Of a DNA stretch of 64,000 nt, positions 43,953-54,130 are shown piece by piece. This stretch comes from Rebecca billardiae RCC1528 (lineage: Eukaryota; Protista; Haptophyta), in contig OZ251237.1 of assembly GCA_965240325.2 (NCBI GenBank), positions 558,001 through 622,000 of the forward strand, given 5' to 3'. Each line of letters starts with the position of its first letter. The first letter of the stretch is position 1. The notes below the pieces were generated by a model. That model was not told the origin of the DNA, ran no database searches, and saw nothing but the letters and a program-made list of their open reading frames with translations. Both the position numbers and the translations under genes were made by a program.

Positions 43953-46178
43953 TCAGGCCTTCGCCACCGCGATGAAGTAGCGCTTCACGCGCTTGCCGTT
44001 CGCCCACAGCCGGTTGAAGTAAGAGGATGCCACCGCGCCGTACCCACAGACGGGCGGCGGCTGGCCCGCGCACAGCGGCACGGGGCCACGCGCCTCGCCC
44101 TGCGCCTCCGCTGTCGACCGCACGGCGTGCGCTTCCGCCGTGTCCAGCGGCACAAAGAGCGCGACGCCGCCATCCTCGAGCGCGCCGATCGTGCTCGCGA
44201 GCGAGCGGCCGTAGCGCACGTTGTCCGTGACGACCGTCAGCGTGCCCCCGCGCCGCAGCGCGCCGTGCGCAAGCCGCAGGAAGCTGCCGCTCAGCAGGTG
44301 GTCGCCATCCGAGTCACCCACCCCTCCGCTCCATTCCGGCGGCTGTGGGTGGTTGACGCACACCGCGTCGAAGACGGCCGGCGGGGTGCGCCGCTCGAGC
44401 AGCTCGCGCGCGTCGGCGCACACGACCGCGAGGTTGCGCGCGCGCGCCAGCGCCATCCGCGCGAAGATGTGCTGCGCGCGATCCGCCCGCAGCTCCACCG
44501 CCACCCAGTCCGCGCAGTCGGCATCGTGCGCCGCCTGCTCCGCAACCCACTCGCCCGAGCCGGCGCACAGCTCGAGGTTAAGCCGGCGCTCGCGCGGCGC
44601 GCCCCGGCGCGCGGCGCCACGTGCGCCGAAGAGGCCGGCGTAGTCGATCATCCCGTCGGGCGTGAAGCACGAGCGCGCCAGCGCCGAGCGAAATGCCCCG
44701 AGCGACGGCGGCGCCGCGGCGTCCGAGGCGCCGCCGCCGGCTGCCGCCCGCGCCTGCTGGGCGAGCCACGCGCGCAGCCCAAAGGAGGCGGCGAGCGCGC
44801 GCGTGCAGCGGCGGGCGAGGGCGCGCGGCGGCGGCTCGTCGGCGCCGTGCCCATCCGCGCCCGCCGAGCGCTCTGGCTGCTCCTCGTCCGCGTCAGCGAT
44901 GACGGCGCCGCCATCGTGCGGCAGCAGGCAGAGCGTGCGCCCGTAGCACCGGCCTAGATCGGGCGCGCGCGCGCCGTCCGCGTCGCCCGCGCCTTCGGCG
45001 CCCGCAGCTCGGTCGATCATCTCGAGGAGCGTCTCGGCGTCTCGGCCGAGCTCGGCACGGCGGTGCGCGAGGAACGCCTCGATAGAGCGCTGCGTCATGT
45101 GCACACCGCCTCCGCCGCCGCCTGCGCGGGCCGCGTCCGTCGGGCCGCCGGCACGACGCGGCGTGTCTCGGACCAGAGCTCGCGCGGGCGCGGCCAGCCG
45201 CAGCAGCGTCTGCGCGCGCTCCAGCGATGCCCTGGCCGCCGCCCACTCGCCCAGGAGCGCCTCGGCGCGGGCGAGGGCGACGAAGAGCGCGGGGTTCTCA
45301 GACGGGTGCACTCCCGTCGAGCCCCCCGCCGCGGCCGTGTCCCCCTCCTCGCCGCCGCCCGCGCTGCCTCCCACACCGCCGCCACCGCCAGCCGGCGCCG
45401 AGCTGTCCCGGAACCTTCCTCGCTCGAGCCTGCCGAGCAGCGCGCGCGCCTTCGCGACGCGGAGCGCCTGGCAGAGCAGCACGAGGACGTACTCGTACGA
45501 CGAGTTGTCCGGCTCGCAACCCCACTCGTCGCGCATGCGGCGCAGCGTGCTCGTCGCCAGCCCGACGTCCCCGGTGCGCACGCAGCCCCGCAGCAGAGTG
45601 TTTGCGGTGCGCAGGTTGGGCGTGGCGCGCGCGCGGCCCGCGGCGCCGGACGTCATCTGGTCCAAGAGCACGCGCGCGCTGGCGAGGTCGCCGGCGGCGC
45701 AGTACCCCTTCAGCATGGACGTGTACGCGACCACGTTGGGGACGGGCCCCTGTCGCTGCATCCGCACGAGGAGCTCGAGGCCGCGCTCGAGCTGGCCGCA
45801 GCGCACCGCGGCGTTGATCATATTCGTGTACGTGTGCACGTCGGCGACGCGGTCGTCGATGGCCCGCGCGAAGAGCTGCTCGGCGGAGCTGAGCTTCTTG
45901 CGCTTCGCGAGCGAGGCGATCTGCCGATTGATCGCGATCGCGTCGCCCTTCCGCTTCTTGCCGCCACCGCCGCTCGGGCCGGCCGGCGTACTGCTCCCGT
46001 CGGGAGGCGCACGCGGCGCTTCGGCGGCGCTGGACTGGGCGATCGCCTTGTTCAGCTTCCCGATCGCAGCGAACACGCGCTTTCGCGCGCGCTTGTCACC
46101 GGGCGCCGTGAGCTCGTCCAGCCGCTTGGACAGGCGGGCGAGCCGCTGCCGCAGCTCGTCAGGCCCGCCAGGCGCCAT
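43953..46178 (-). CDS. PPR-TGM protein: pentatricopeptide repeats plus a TrmB-like tRNA m7G methyltransferase domain
   Basis: PPR motifs DVHTYTNMINA, PNVVAYTSMLKGYC, PNLRTANTLLRGC and EPDNSSY. C-terminal LELCAGSGEW, WVAVELR, NLAVVCADA, NHPQPP and VVTDN. Confidence 0.88.
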   Translation of the reverse strand: MAPGGPDELRQRLARLSKRLDELTAPGDKRARKRVFAAIGKLNKAIAQSSAAEAPRAPPDGSSTPAGPSGGGGKKRKGDAIAINRQIASLAKRKKLSSAEQLFARAIDDRVADVHTYTNMINAAVRCGQLERGLELLVRMQRQGPVPNVVAYTSMLKGYCAAGDLASARVLLDQMTSGAAGRARATPNLRTANTLLRGCVRTGDVGLATSTLRRMRDEWGCEPDNSSYEYVLVLLCQALRVAKARALLGRLERGRFRDSSAPAGGGGGVGGSAGGGEEGDTAAAGGSTGVHPSENPALFVALARAEALLGEWAAARASLERAQTLLRLAAPARALVRDTPRRAGGPTDAARAGGGGGGVHMTQRSIEAFLAHRRAELGRDAETLLEMIDRAAGAEGAGDADGARAPDLGRCYGRTLCLLPHDGGAVIADADEEQPERSAGADGHGADEPPPRALARRCTRALAASFGLRAWLAQQARAAAGGGASDAAAPPSLGAFRSALARSCFTPDGMIDYAGLFGARGAARRGAPRERRLNLELCAGSGEWVAEQAAHDADCADWVAVELRADRAQHIFARMALARARNLAVVCADARELLERRTPPAVFDAVCVNHPQPPEWSGGVGDSDGDHLLSGSFLRLAHGALRRGGTLTVVTDNVRYGRSLASTIGALEDGGVALFVPLDTAEAHAVRSTAEAQGEARGPVPLCAGQPPPVCGYGAVASSYFNRLWANGKRVKRYFIAVAKA

Positions 46179-46426
46179 CGCGAGCCCAGTTGCGTGACAG
46201 GCGTGAGCAGTCCGGGTTGTGGTGATACTGAATACCCGCTCCGGAAGCTCCAAGCGCCGCTTTTTGTAGTTGAGTGGGCACTCGGGTCGATCGGCGGGTG
46301 CCTCGTCAGATCGGGCTGAGATCGACAGTGGCGGGATCCGCTTGGCGGCTGACCGCGAGAGAGTTGGGCGCGTGCGAGGGAGGCGTTGACGGCAACGTCA
46401 AGCTCCGACAAGGCGAGCACCGCCGG

Positions 46427-47713
46427 ATGCCCGACGTGACGCGCACTCATGGGGCGGCACAGGCGCAGCCCAACGAGGAGCAGATGCGTCAGCTCGTGCG
46501 CGAGGTGATGGCCGAGCCCGGCCTCACCGAGCCGCGGGGCGACGTTGCGTCGATCAAGGGTCAGGTGCAGCAGCTCCGCGACGAGTTTGCGAGCATCCGC
46601 ACCGACTTCATGCAGCTCCTGCGCGCGACGCCGCGCGGCGCAAAGGGCGGCGAGGCGCAGCAAGCGCCGGGCCGTGACGACCGGCCCGTGTACGACCTCG
46701 CCTTCAGCACGCCGCTTGAGGACCAGCTTGTGTACGGCCGCGCCGTGGCTCCGTTCGCCGTGCAGCTCGAGGACGCAAAAGCCGCGAGCACGCTGCCGGC
46801 GACGAAGCTGCGCGCGGCGATGTGCCAGGTGGACAGCGACGATGAGGTGGCGCAGCTCCTCCTTGGCGAGACGGAGGTCATCCTGCGCGGCGGCCGCGCC
46901 GAGTTCAGCGGGCTCACGATGGGGAGGCTGCCGACGATGAAGAAGGGCGGAACATTCCGCCTGACGGTCCTCTCGGAGGACAGCACGTGCCCGTACCGCG
47001 TGGCGCAGCTGTTCAGCGAGCCGCTCGACGTGCGCGCCAAGCCGGGCAAGGCCTCTGGCAGCGGCGCGCAGCGGCCCGTGCTCGCCACGCCGCCCGCCAT
47101 GTTTGCGGCGCCCTCGCTGGCTGCGCAGCAGCTCAAGCGCAAGCCGGCCTCCAACGGCGAGCTGCTCTCGGTGGCGCCGGCGCCGTCGGCCGCCGCGCCC
47201 CCGCCGCCGGCCGCCGCCCCCGCTCCCGCGGCGCCGAGCTGGATGGAGATGCTCCGCCCCTCCGCAAAGAAGCGCCCGCCGGCGCCCGAGGACGCGGCTG
47301 TCGCGCACTCGGCGCAGGTGGCGAGTCTGACGACCGGGCTCGGCGCTGTGAGCGTCGGCGTGGCCGCCGCGCCGCCGGGCGGTGCGGCTGGGGGCCAGCA
47401 GAGCGGCCCGCCCCCCGTGCACGCGCCGCTGCACCGAGCGCAACCATCCGCCGGCGGCCCGGCCGCGCCGCCGCCGCCGCACGCAGCGGACGGCTCGGAT
47501 GGTGCCGTGCCAATCGGCGAGACAAAACAGCCCTCGAGCGCCACGCTCAACGCGCTGCAGCTGCTGGGCAGCTCATCCCTGATGGAGCTGGCGATGTCTG
47601 TGCTCGGCCGTGGCGACTCGTCGGAGAACGTGCGCCCAAGAGCGGACCAGCCGTCGCCCGCGGCCTCGCGGCCCCCGCAGGGCGCTGTCGGGCGTGGACG
47701 GTCTGAGCTGTGA
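46427..47713 (+). CDS. Hypothetical protein: coiled coil, beta-rich Ig-fold-like (CBP60/RHD-like) domain, low-complexity tail
   Basis: Long ORF with coding-like codon use. Domain YDLAF...PFAVQL...LLGETEVILRGGRAEFSGL...GTFRLTV...SEPLDVRAK. Basic patches LKRKP and KKRP. Confidence 0.65.
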   Translation: MPDVTRTHGAAQAQPNEEQMRQLVREVMAEPGLTEPRGDVASIKGQVQQLRDEFASIRTDFMQLLRATPRGAKGGEAQQAPGRDDRPVYDLAFSTPLEDQLVYGRAVAPFAVQLEDAKAASTLPATKLRAAMCQVDSDDEVAQLLLGETEVILRGGRAEFSGLTMGRLPTMKKGGTFRLTVLSEDSTCPYRVAQLFSEPLDVRAKPGKASGSGAQRPVLATPPAMFAAPSLAAQQLKRKPASNGELLSVAPAPSAAAPPPPAAAPAPAAPSWMEMLRPSAKKRPPAPEDAAVAHSAQVASLTTGLGAVSVGVAAAPPGGAAGGQQSGPPPVHAPLHRAQPSAGGPAAPPPPHAADGSDGAVPIGETKQPSSATLNALQLLGSSSLMELAMSVLGRGDSSENVRPRADQPSPAASRPPQGAVGRGRSEL

Positions 47714-49083
47714 AGAGCGACTCACAAGCACGACGCACAACTGCCAACCCATCGCACTCGGGCCGCACACGCAGTCTCATCCGAGTCGCGATGGACTGCG
47801 CGCGCGGTGCATTGCAGCACGCCCTGCCGACCAACATCTACTCGGCCCAGGCCTGTGGCCTTGACGGAATGCGGCGCATTCCGTCGCCGCATTCATGACG
47901 AGTCCCGCCGGGCCATCAGGCATACCAGGCTCACCAACGGCATGACTCAGTGGCCCGTTGGACGCAGGACGACGCAGGACGCCGACGGCCTGCGGCTGCG
48001 GAGACGGCCACGGAATGCGGCGACGGCGGACGACGGCGACAAACGTCGGACGGATGACGCACGACAGTATGTACTTTAGAACGGCGCAGCAGCATCGAGG
48101 CCCATGGCCATGGATCGTCATCATCGTCGTCTATCAACGGTCGTAGTCTCAGTGCGACAGTGGCACCGGGATTCTCTGATGATCGATCGCCAGCACCTGA
48201 CAGCTGACTCTGCTGCCCGATCGTCAGCAGCATCGCCATCAGGCAGCCCGCCGATTTCACTCGCAGTGCCCGAGTGGCGCGGCTGGCCGGCTCCGGTCGT
48301 CCACCCGGCACCCCCCGGCCCCGCGGCCCCGCCCACTCGTAACCCCAGCTCCAGCTCGGCCAGCTCCGTTACGTCTTGGCCCCGAGCCGAAGTCAACCAA
48401 GCGGACCATGCAGCAGAGTCCCCGTTCCGACCCCCGATGATTGATATCTTCTTCTTCCCTTCTTCCTTCTTCACTTCTTCAACTTATATATATATATCGA
48501 GAAATGTCGTCGCCTTCGACGACCGCCGACACCTCCTGGCTCCCACATTTTACTATGATGTAATTACCCGGCGTCCCTTACTCAGATTTCAGCACCGCCC
48601 GGGAGCGTTCCGGACACCTGTATATATATGCGAAATGGTTACCCGGACTGGGTATTTAGGTATAGAAAATAGTCTGAACCTATTGGAGCTCGGGCCGTAC
48701 TGTAGTAAGTCGTGTACATACTACATATATACATCATAACATCGTCCACTAGGGAGTTCCTTTGGCCTGCCAGGGTGGTCTGATAGGAGCTAGTGTAGAT
48801 CATCAGACTCAGAGGTGCCAGCGATCCCGCCGATTGCAGTGTCAAGATGTAACGCTCCAGTGACCGGACTGCGGGTGGGTGGACCGAAGCCGAAGCCCAG
48901 TAGCCTGTCCGGTACAGAGTTTAGTTCCGAACGTCAAAATAATCCGGCCATATCGTCGTCGCAGTCATCATCACATTATTTAATAATTTTAGCAGTATCT
49001 ATAGCATATATATATATATTACGCAAATATTCGCGAAAAACGTATATATATATATATTCAGGCTGATGATTGACTGATGATTT

Positions 49084-51516
49084 TCACTCCCTATCTGGGC
49101 GACTGACCCGCGCGGGCCGGTGCCGGTGGGTCGACCGCGGTGAGTGATGCGCTCGGGAGGACATTGGTGCTTTTTCAATGTAGTCGGGATCATTCCGATG
49201 GACGGTCTGTGCCCCGGCGTCGTCGTACTCGTCCTTGCCGATCCACATCTGCTGAAAGCTATCGAGAGAGGCAAGGATGCTGCCGCCAATCCATGTGGCG
49301 TACTTGCGCTTCGGCGGGGCAACCTGGCGCAGCAGGGCGCGGTGCAGGAGCGGGCGGCGTGAGCGCGAGCACGCTGTGCCGCCGGCACGACCCTCTCCTC
49401 AACCGAGGATCCTCAACCGAGGATCCTCAACCGAGGATCCTCAACCGAGGATCCTCAACCGAGGATCCTCAACCGAGGAGGGCCGCGTCTGCAGGCGTGT
49501 CCATGCACGCGCGTGCAGCCCGCTCCCCACGCGCTCGCGCGTGTGCGCTGCACGCACAACGTGGATCTGACTCTCTGCGGACGAGGGCGCGAGGCTCAAG
49601 AGTTCCTTCTCCAGACGTTCCGAGAAGCCCTCGTGCACCGCGTTGCTGCCTGCAAGCACGATGCTGGCGTACAGATCCCTGTGGATCTCCGGCTCACACT
49701 TCGTGATGGCGTTGTAGACCATACGGCCCACTCCGTCCTCCGGCACCCTAATAAAATAGGGCTGGAAGAGCACCTCGGGCGTGCGGAAGCGCTCGTCGCT
49801 GATCGTGACGATCTGGCCATCGGGCAGCTTGTAGGTTTTCTCGAACTTCGACGGCTCCTCATGCGCCCTCAACCACTCCTCATCGAAGTCCAATGCGACG
49901 TACCCCAGCTTCTCGATGATGTCCCCGGCGACGGCGAGCTCGGCGGCTGTCGTGAACGAGTAGCCGCGCTGTGTGAGCGCGTTCGCCATGAACTGGGTGA
50001 GGTCGCGTCCGCCCAGGTCGAGCCGGAGCACGGCGTGCGGCAGGGCGTAGCCCTCGTAGATGGGCACGGCGTGCGTCACGCCCTCGTCGGACTCGAGCAC
50101 GATGCCCGTCGTCCGGCCCGCCGTGTACAGCGCGAGCACTGCATCCATAGCCACGAACAGCGCAGGGACGTTGAAAGTCTCGAACAGAATCTTGGCCATC
50201 TTCTCGCGGTTGAGCTTCGGGTTGAGCGGCGGCTCCGAGTGCAGCACGGGGCGCTCGCTGGGGTCAACCTGGAGCTCTGCGAAGAAAGTGTGTTGCCAGA
50301 TCTTCTCCATGTCGTCCCAGTTGCTCACCGGCCCGTCGAACGTCGGCCAGCTCAGCGTGAGCACGTCATCCTTGGCCAGCGCCTCGGCACCCATGAACGC
50401 ATCTTTCTGCCCCATGCCAGTCATGACGCCCGCGTGGCGCGGCCGGCCGACGACGGCGGGGAAGACGGTGCTCGGGGCATCGTCGCCTGCATACCCCGCG
50501 CTGATCGACATCGCACTCCCCGCGATCACGATGGGCTTCACTTCTTCCTCGTCATCCCAGTACTCCTGCAGGCGGCGCTGGCGCTGCTCGTAGTCTGAGG
50601 CAGTAGCGGCCGGCGTGGCAGGTGCCGGCGTGGCCGTGAGCGGTGCAAGATGCGCGAGGCGGTGCGGCAGGCCCTGTGATGCCTTGAGCAGCTCGAGCTG
50701 CACGTCGATCACTCGCGAGTGCTGCTCGCCCTCCAGAAGCCGCGAGCGCAGCGCGCATGTGTCGTCCGCCTGCGCACGGGCCAAGGAGTGCGTGCGCGCG
50801 CCCGGCCGCGCCGCCGCCTGCGCCAACGCATCTCGCACGACAGCATGGAGCGCCACGCCCGTGCGATCGCCACCATAGAGGGGTAGCGCGGTGTGGGGTG
50901 CCATCGCGTCGCCCTCGAGCGGAACTGACCGCTGTCGCGCCGCGTTGCGCACGCGCGTCTCGTAGCAGCGCAGCAGCAGCGCGTCACCCAGCTTGCTGCC
51001 CTCGTCGTGCGACCAGCCAGCCGCGAGCACGACGAGTCGGGCGCGTGGCTGGTCGGCGATTGCGCGCAGCTTGAAGAGCTGCTCGCACTCGGCGCCCTCC
51101 TCGGCGTGCACGAGCACGTCGCACGTCGATGCATGCACCTTCCAGCGCGCAGCGCACCGATCCTCAATCGTGTCTGCGACAGTGAAGAGAGTGTGTCCAA
51201 CTGCCGCCTCGAGCGCGGTGCACTCGTTCTCCGGGTGAATGTGGGAGGGCATGTCAAAGGAGCGCAGAGTGGTGCCCTCGGGCAGCAGAGTCTCGCGCGC
51301 CGTCTTCTCCGCGTGCGAGCCCGTCACGCACACGTGGTGCGGCGTGTGCGCTGGCAGGCGGCGCAGGTGTGCGCCGAACGAAGAGCGGCTGAGGAGAAGG
51401 GGCGTGGCGTCGGCGTGCTCGCCAGCCTGCTCGAGCGTGAAGGCGGCGACCAGGAGCACCAGACCAATCGCCGAGGTCAGCAGCCCCCACCGGAGCAGAG
51501 CGCGCGTGGATGACAT
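49084..51516 (-). CDS. Signal/anchor, degenerate methyltransferase-like domain and divergent actin in one protein (intron 49324-49557)
   Basis: One open frame from [26 protein letters not shown] into actin ([41 protein letters not shown]). Splicing joins SQIHV to [32 protein letters not shown]. Confidence 0.85.
49396..49479. repeat. Intronic minisatellite (TCCTCAACCGAGGA)x6; each unit is a mini-hairpin
   Basis: Six exact 14-bp units. TCCTC and GAGGA are reverse complements. Confidence 0.97.
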
Positions 51517-51659
51517 CGTACACGCGGCGCGCAACCAGTGGTCAGCAGCGCCGGCCCGGGTGGCGGGGAGAAGGCTCTGCACCCCGCGCTGCAAGGCGTG
51601 CACTCCTGAGTACTGCACCGCCGCGTTACCAGCCGATTGCAGGTGTGCAGCAACCAGTA

Positions 51660-51865
51660 ATCTCGCCTGCCTGAGCTGTGTGCGTCTCTTATTCTTAGTA
51701 CAGTAAACTGTACTGCTTCTGCAGGGATGATCCGCGAAAGTACAGTACTGTAACAGCTGATGCAGCTGCAGCTGCAGCTGTGGCAGCTCTCAGTCTCAAG
51801 TACAGTTTAGTCTCAAGTACAGTTTACTAAGAATAAGATGCGCACACAGCTCAGGCAGGCGAGAT
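51660..51865. repeat. About 50-bp inverted repeat (MITE-like or fold-back) upstream of the actin fusion gene
   Basis: atctcgcctgcctgagctgtgtgcg..tcttattcttagta(cagta)aactgtact pairs with agtacagtttactaagaataagatgcgcacacagctcaggcaggcgagat. No clean TSD. Confidence 0.8.
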
Positions 51866-51899
51866 ACGCCCTTGCTCATAGTTACTGGTTCATCCGAAA

Positions 51900-52705
51900 G
51901 TCGTGGCGGTTCCCCCAAACTAAATAAAAAAAACTGTGCCCTGGCGGGCGGGGGGGTCGGCGGGCCGTGCCAGTGCTGTCGCAATGTTTCCTCTGCGGGT
52001 TCGCGTCTTTCCACAGCATTCGCTCGTGGCCGGGTGACGGACAGTCGGACCAGTGACACCTGTGAAGTTCTCCAATCTCCCACGCGGTGCGGTACGCGTT
52101 CGTGCACATCAGCAAGGCCCACGACACCCACGAGGGAATGTGCAGCACGCGGGGCGGGGCGGGTAGCCCGTTGCTCCGCGCGAGCGCGGGTACGCGCTGT
52201 ATGTGCCGCATCTCGACCGCGATGGCGTAATCGAGCGCCTCGCCACCGACGAAGCCGCCAGAGTAGATCGTGTGCATGTCCTCCTGCCGCCAGCCGAGAG
52301 CGGTCGTCGCGAGGACGCTTGCCGATGTCCGCTCCGGGCATGATGGGCTCGGCGCAGGTCGCGTTGACGTCGTACACTGCCGCCACGCTGAGCACGAGCG
52401 CGTTCACGTTCACGCGGTCGTCGCTCTTCGCCTCTTCGACAGGTCTGGCGCCCGCGTGTTCGGCGGCACGAGGAGCTGTTGGTTGTGCGCGCGCGCGCGC
52501 ACAGCGACAGCGTGTGCCACTCGCGATCGAGAGTGGGCACGAGCTGCTCACGCGGGCACACGAATCGCAGCGCATCCGTCACCGGCGTGACGACTTCCGC
52601 CTCGTCCCGCAGCGCCTGCGCCATGGACGAGGATGGCGCGTCGATGTTGCATGCTCGACGTTTCATCTCTCTGCGGATGGCATCACGGGGTTGTCTGTGT
52701 CGCAC
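51900..52705 (-). pseudogene. Degenerate frameshifted coding remnant, possibly a transposon Ulp1/SENP-like protease fragment
   Basis: EDMHTIYSGGFVGGEALDYAI...VLHIPSW resembles the DL..L....WLND.IID start of Ulp1 domains. Frames are broken. Confidence 0.3.
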
Positions 52706-53453
52706 TGCGGCGAGGGTCGCCAGCTCGCGAAGACGCGGTTGCTGCCACGGCGACAGACCCGGGAGGCGCGTCTGCTGCGCGTCGTACGCCGTTGGCGCTG
52801 CGCTTCCGTCGCATTGGTCACCGTCGACGCCATGCAGGTCGGACGTGGGCAGCCCCCGCAGCGGGGGCTTTGCTTTTCACGAGCGTGTGGCAGGATCCCG
52901 GGAACGCCCTTGAGGGCCGTTGGTGCGATGGCGCTTCCCGCCCGCGAGACACCTCGTGATGAGGGCCTTTCCGCACCGAGCCCGACGCGCGGCGGTGAAT
53001 CGAGCGAGGCGGCCATCGTGCGCAGCGCTTGATGCTATGGCTGGTGCGAGCGCTCGACGTGCAAGTCGGGCGAGGACCGCCCCAGGTCGCACGATCGTGT
53101 CGACGCGCCGAGCGTTAGCGTACCTCCAAACGCGTCGACTTTGGCCCTCGTTCGACCTGCACGCGAGACGACGAGGGCAGCAATCGCGAATCGGGCGAAA
53201 ACCCGTCTAGGGAATCATCTCACGATGTCCGCGCCGGCGTTGGATTTGGCGCGCGCCGCCCACGCGCTCCGCGCCATGGCCGACACCTTTTTCGGCCGAG
53301 CGTCCCCAGTGGGAGCTGCGAGGGCGCACGGTAGTGAGCAAGGCGATTTTCTTTTCTTTGCGAGGCGATTTTCTTTATTCTTTTCCTTTTTCTTATCTTT
53401 TCCCCGGGCACTACAACTACAGGGGCGGACCTACGGCCCGCCATAAATATTAA

Positions 53454-54130
53454 CGACGTGGTATGCAACGGGCAGGCGTCAGAGTCAGCAAGCTGTAGCA
53501 GCAGATCGAGCAGCAGAGACAAACACCAGGATCAGCGCTCCTCGCCGTCGTCCCCCCCCTCATAGTCGCCCATCACTCCATCGCCGAGCGGAAGCTCGAC
53601 GCACCGTCTGGCGTCGACGCGCACGCGCCACCGCGGTGGTCGCGGTGCCACGCGTCGTCAGCAGTCGTCTCGAAGTAGTCGTCGTATGCAGCGCCCCCGC
53701 GGGCGCGTGCCCCCGGGCGCACGTGCGCCATGCGCGCGCGGGCGATGAGCATCTTGGCCTGGCCACGCAGGCAGCGCATGCCCAGCTCGCGCCGCATGGT
53801 GCCGAGCAGCGCGCGCTCGGCGGCGGGGCGCGAGGGCGCGCTGAGGCGCGCGCGCCACGTGTCCCGCCCCATCTTGGCGATCTTCTTGAGGGTGAGGTCC
53901 ACCTCCGCGCTCCACTCGCCGAACGCCCCCACGACAATCGGGACGATCGCGGGGAAGGTGTCGAGCCGCGCCTCGTATGGGCCCACCTGGCCCTCAAGCG
54001 TGCCGTAGACCTCGCGGTCGAGGAGCTGCAGCTGCTTGCGCCGCTCGCGCGGGACGAGTTCCGCGCGGTGGCGCACCGCACCGTTGCGGCCGTCGCTCAC
54101 CCTGTAGCGCGACTGGCTCAGCGAGATGGA
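53454..54130 (-). mobile_element. 5'-truncated CRE-like (RLE) non-LTR retrotransposon fragment
   Basis: ORF 53573-54100 (AV..RA..V...LD...GP...L..F..IVPIVVGAFGEWS...RRELG...R.QA) resembles the C-terminus of CRE-clade ORFs. Flanked by ccgccataaa(t)attaa at 53438 and 54131. Confidence 0.65.

Noticed and set aside
49007-49058. Apparent hairpin downstream of the actin stop
   Set aside because: Arms are mostly (TA)n microsatellite, which is trivially self-complementary.
49396-49479. Palindromic repeats as a CRISPR array
   Set aside because: No spacers, 14-bp unit, located in a eukaryotic intron, no cas genes.
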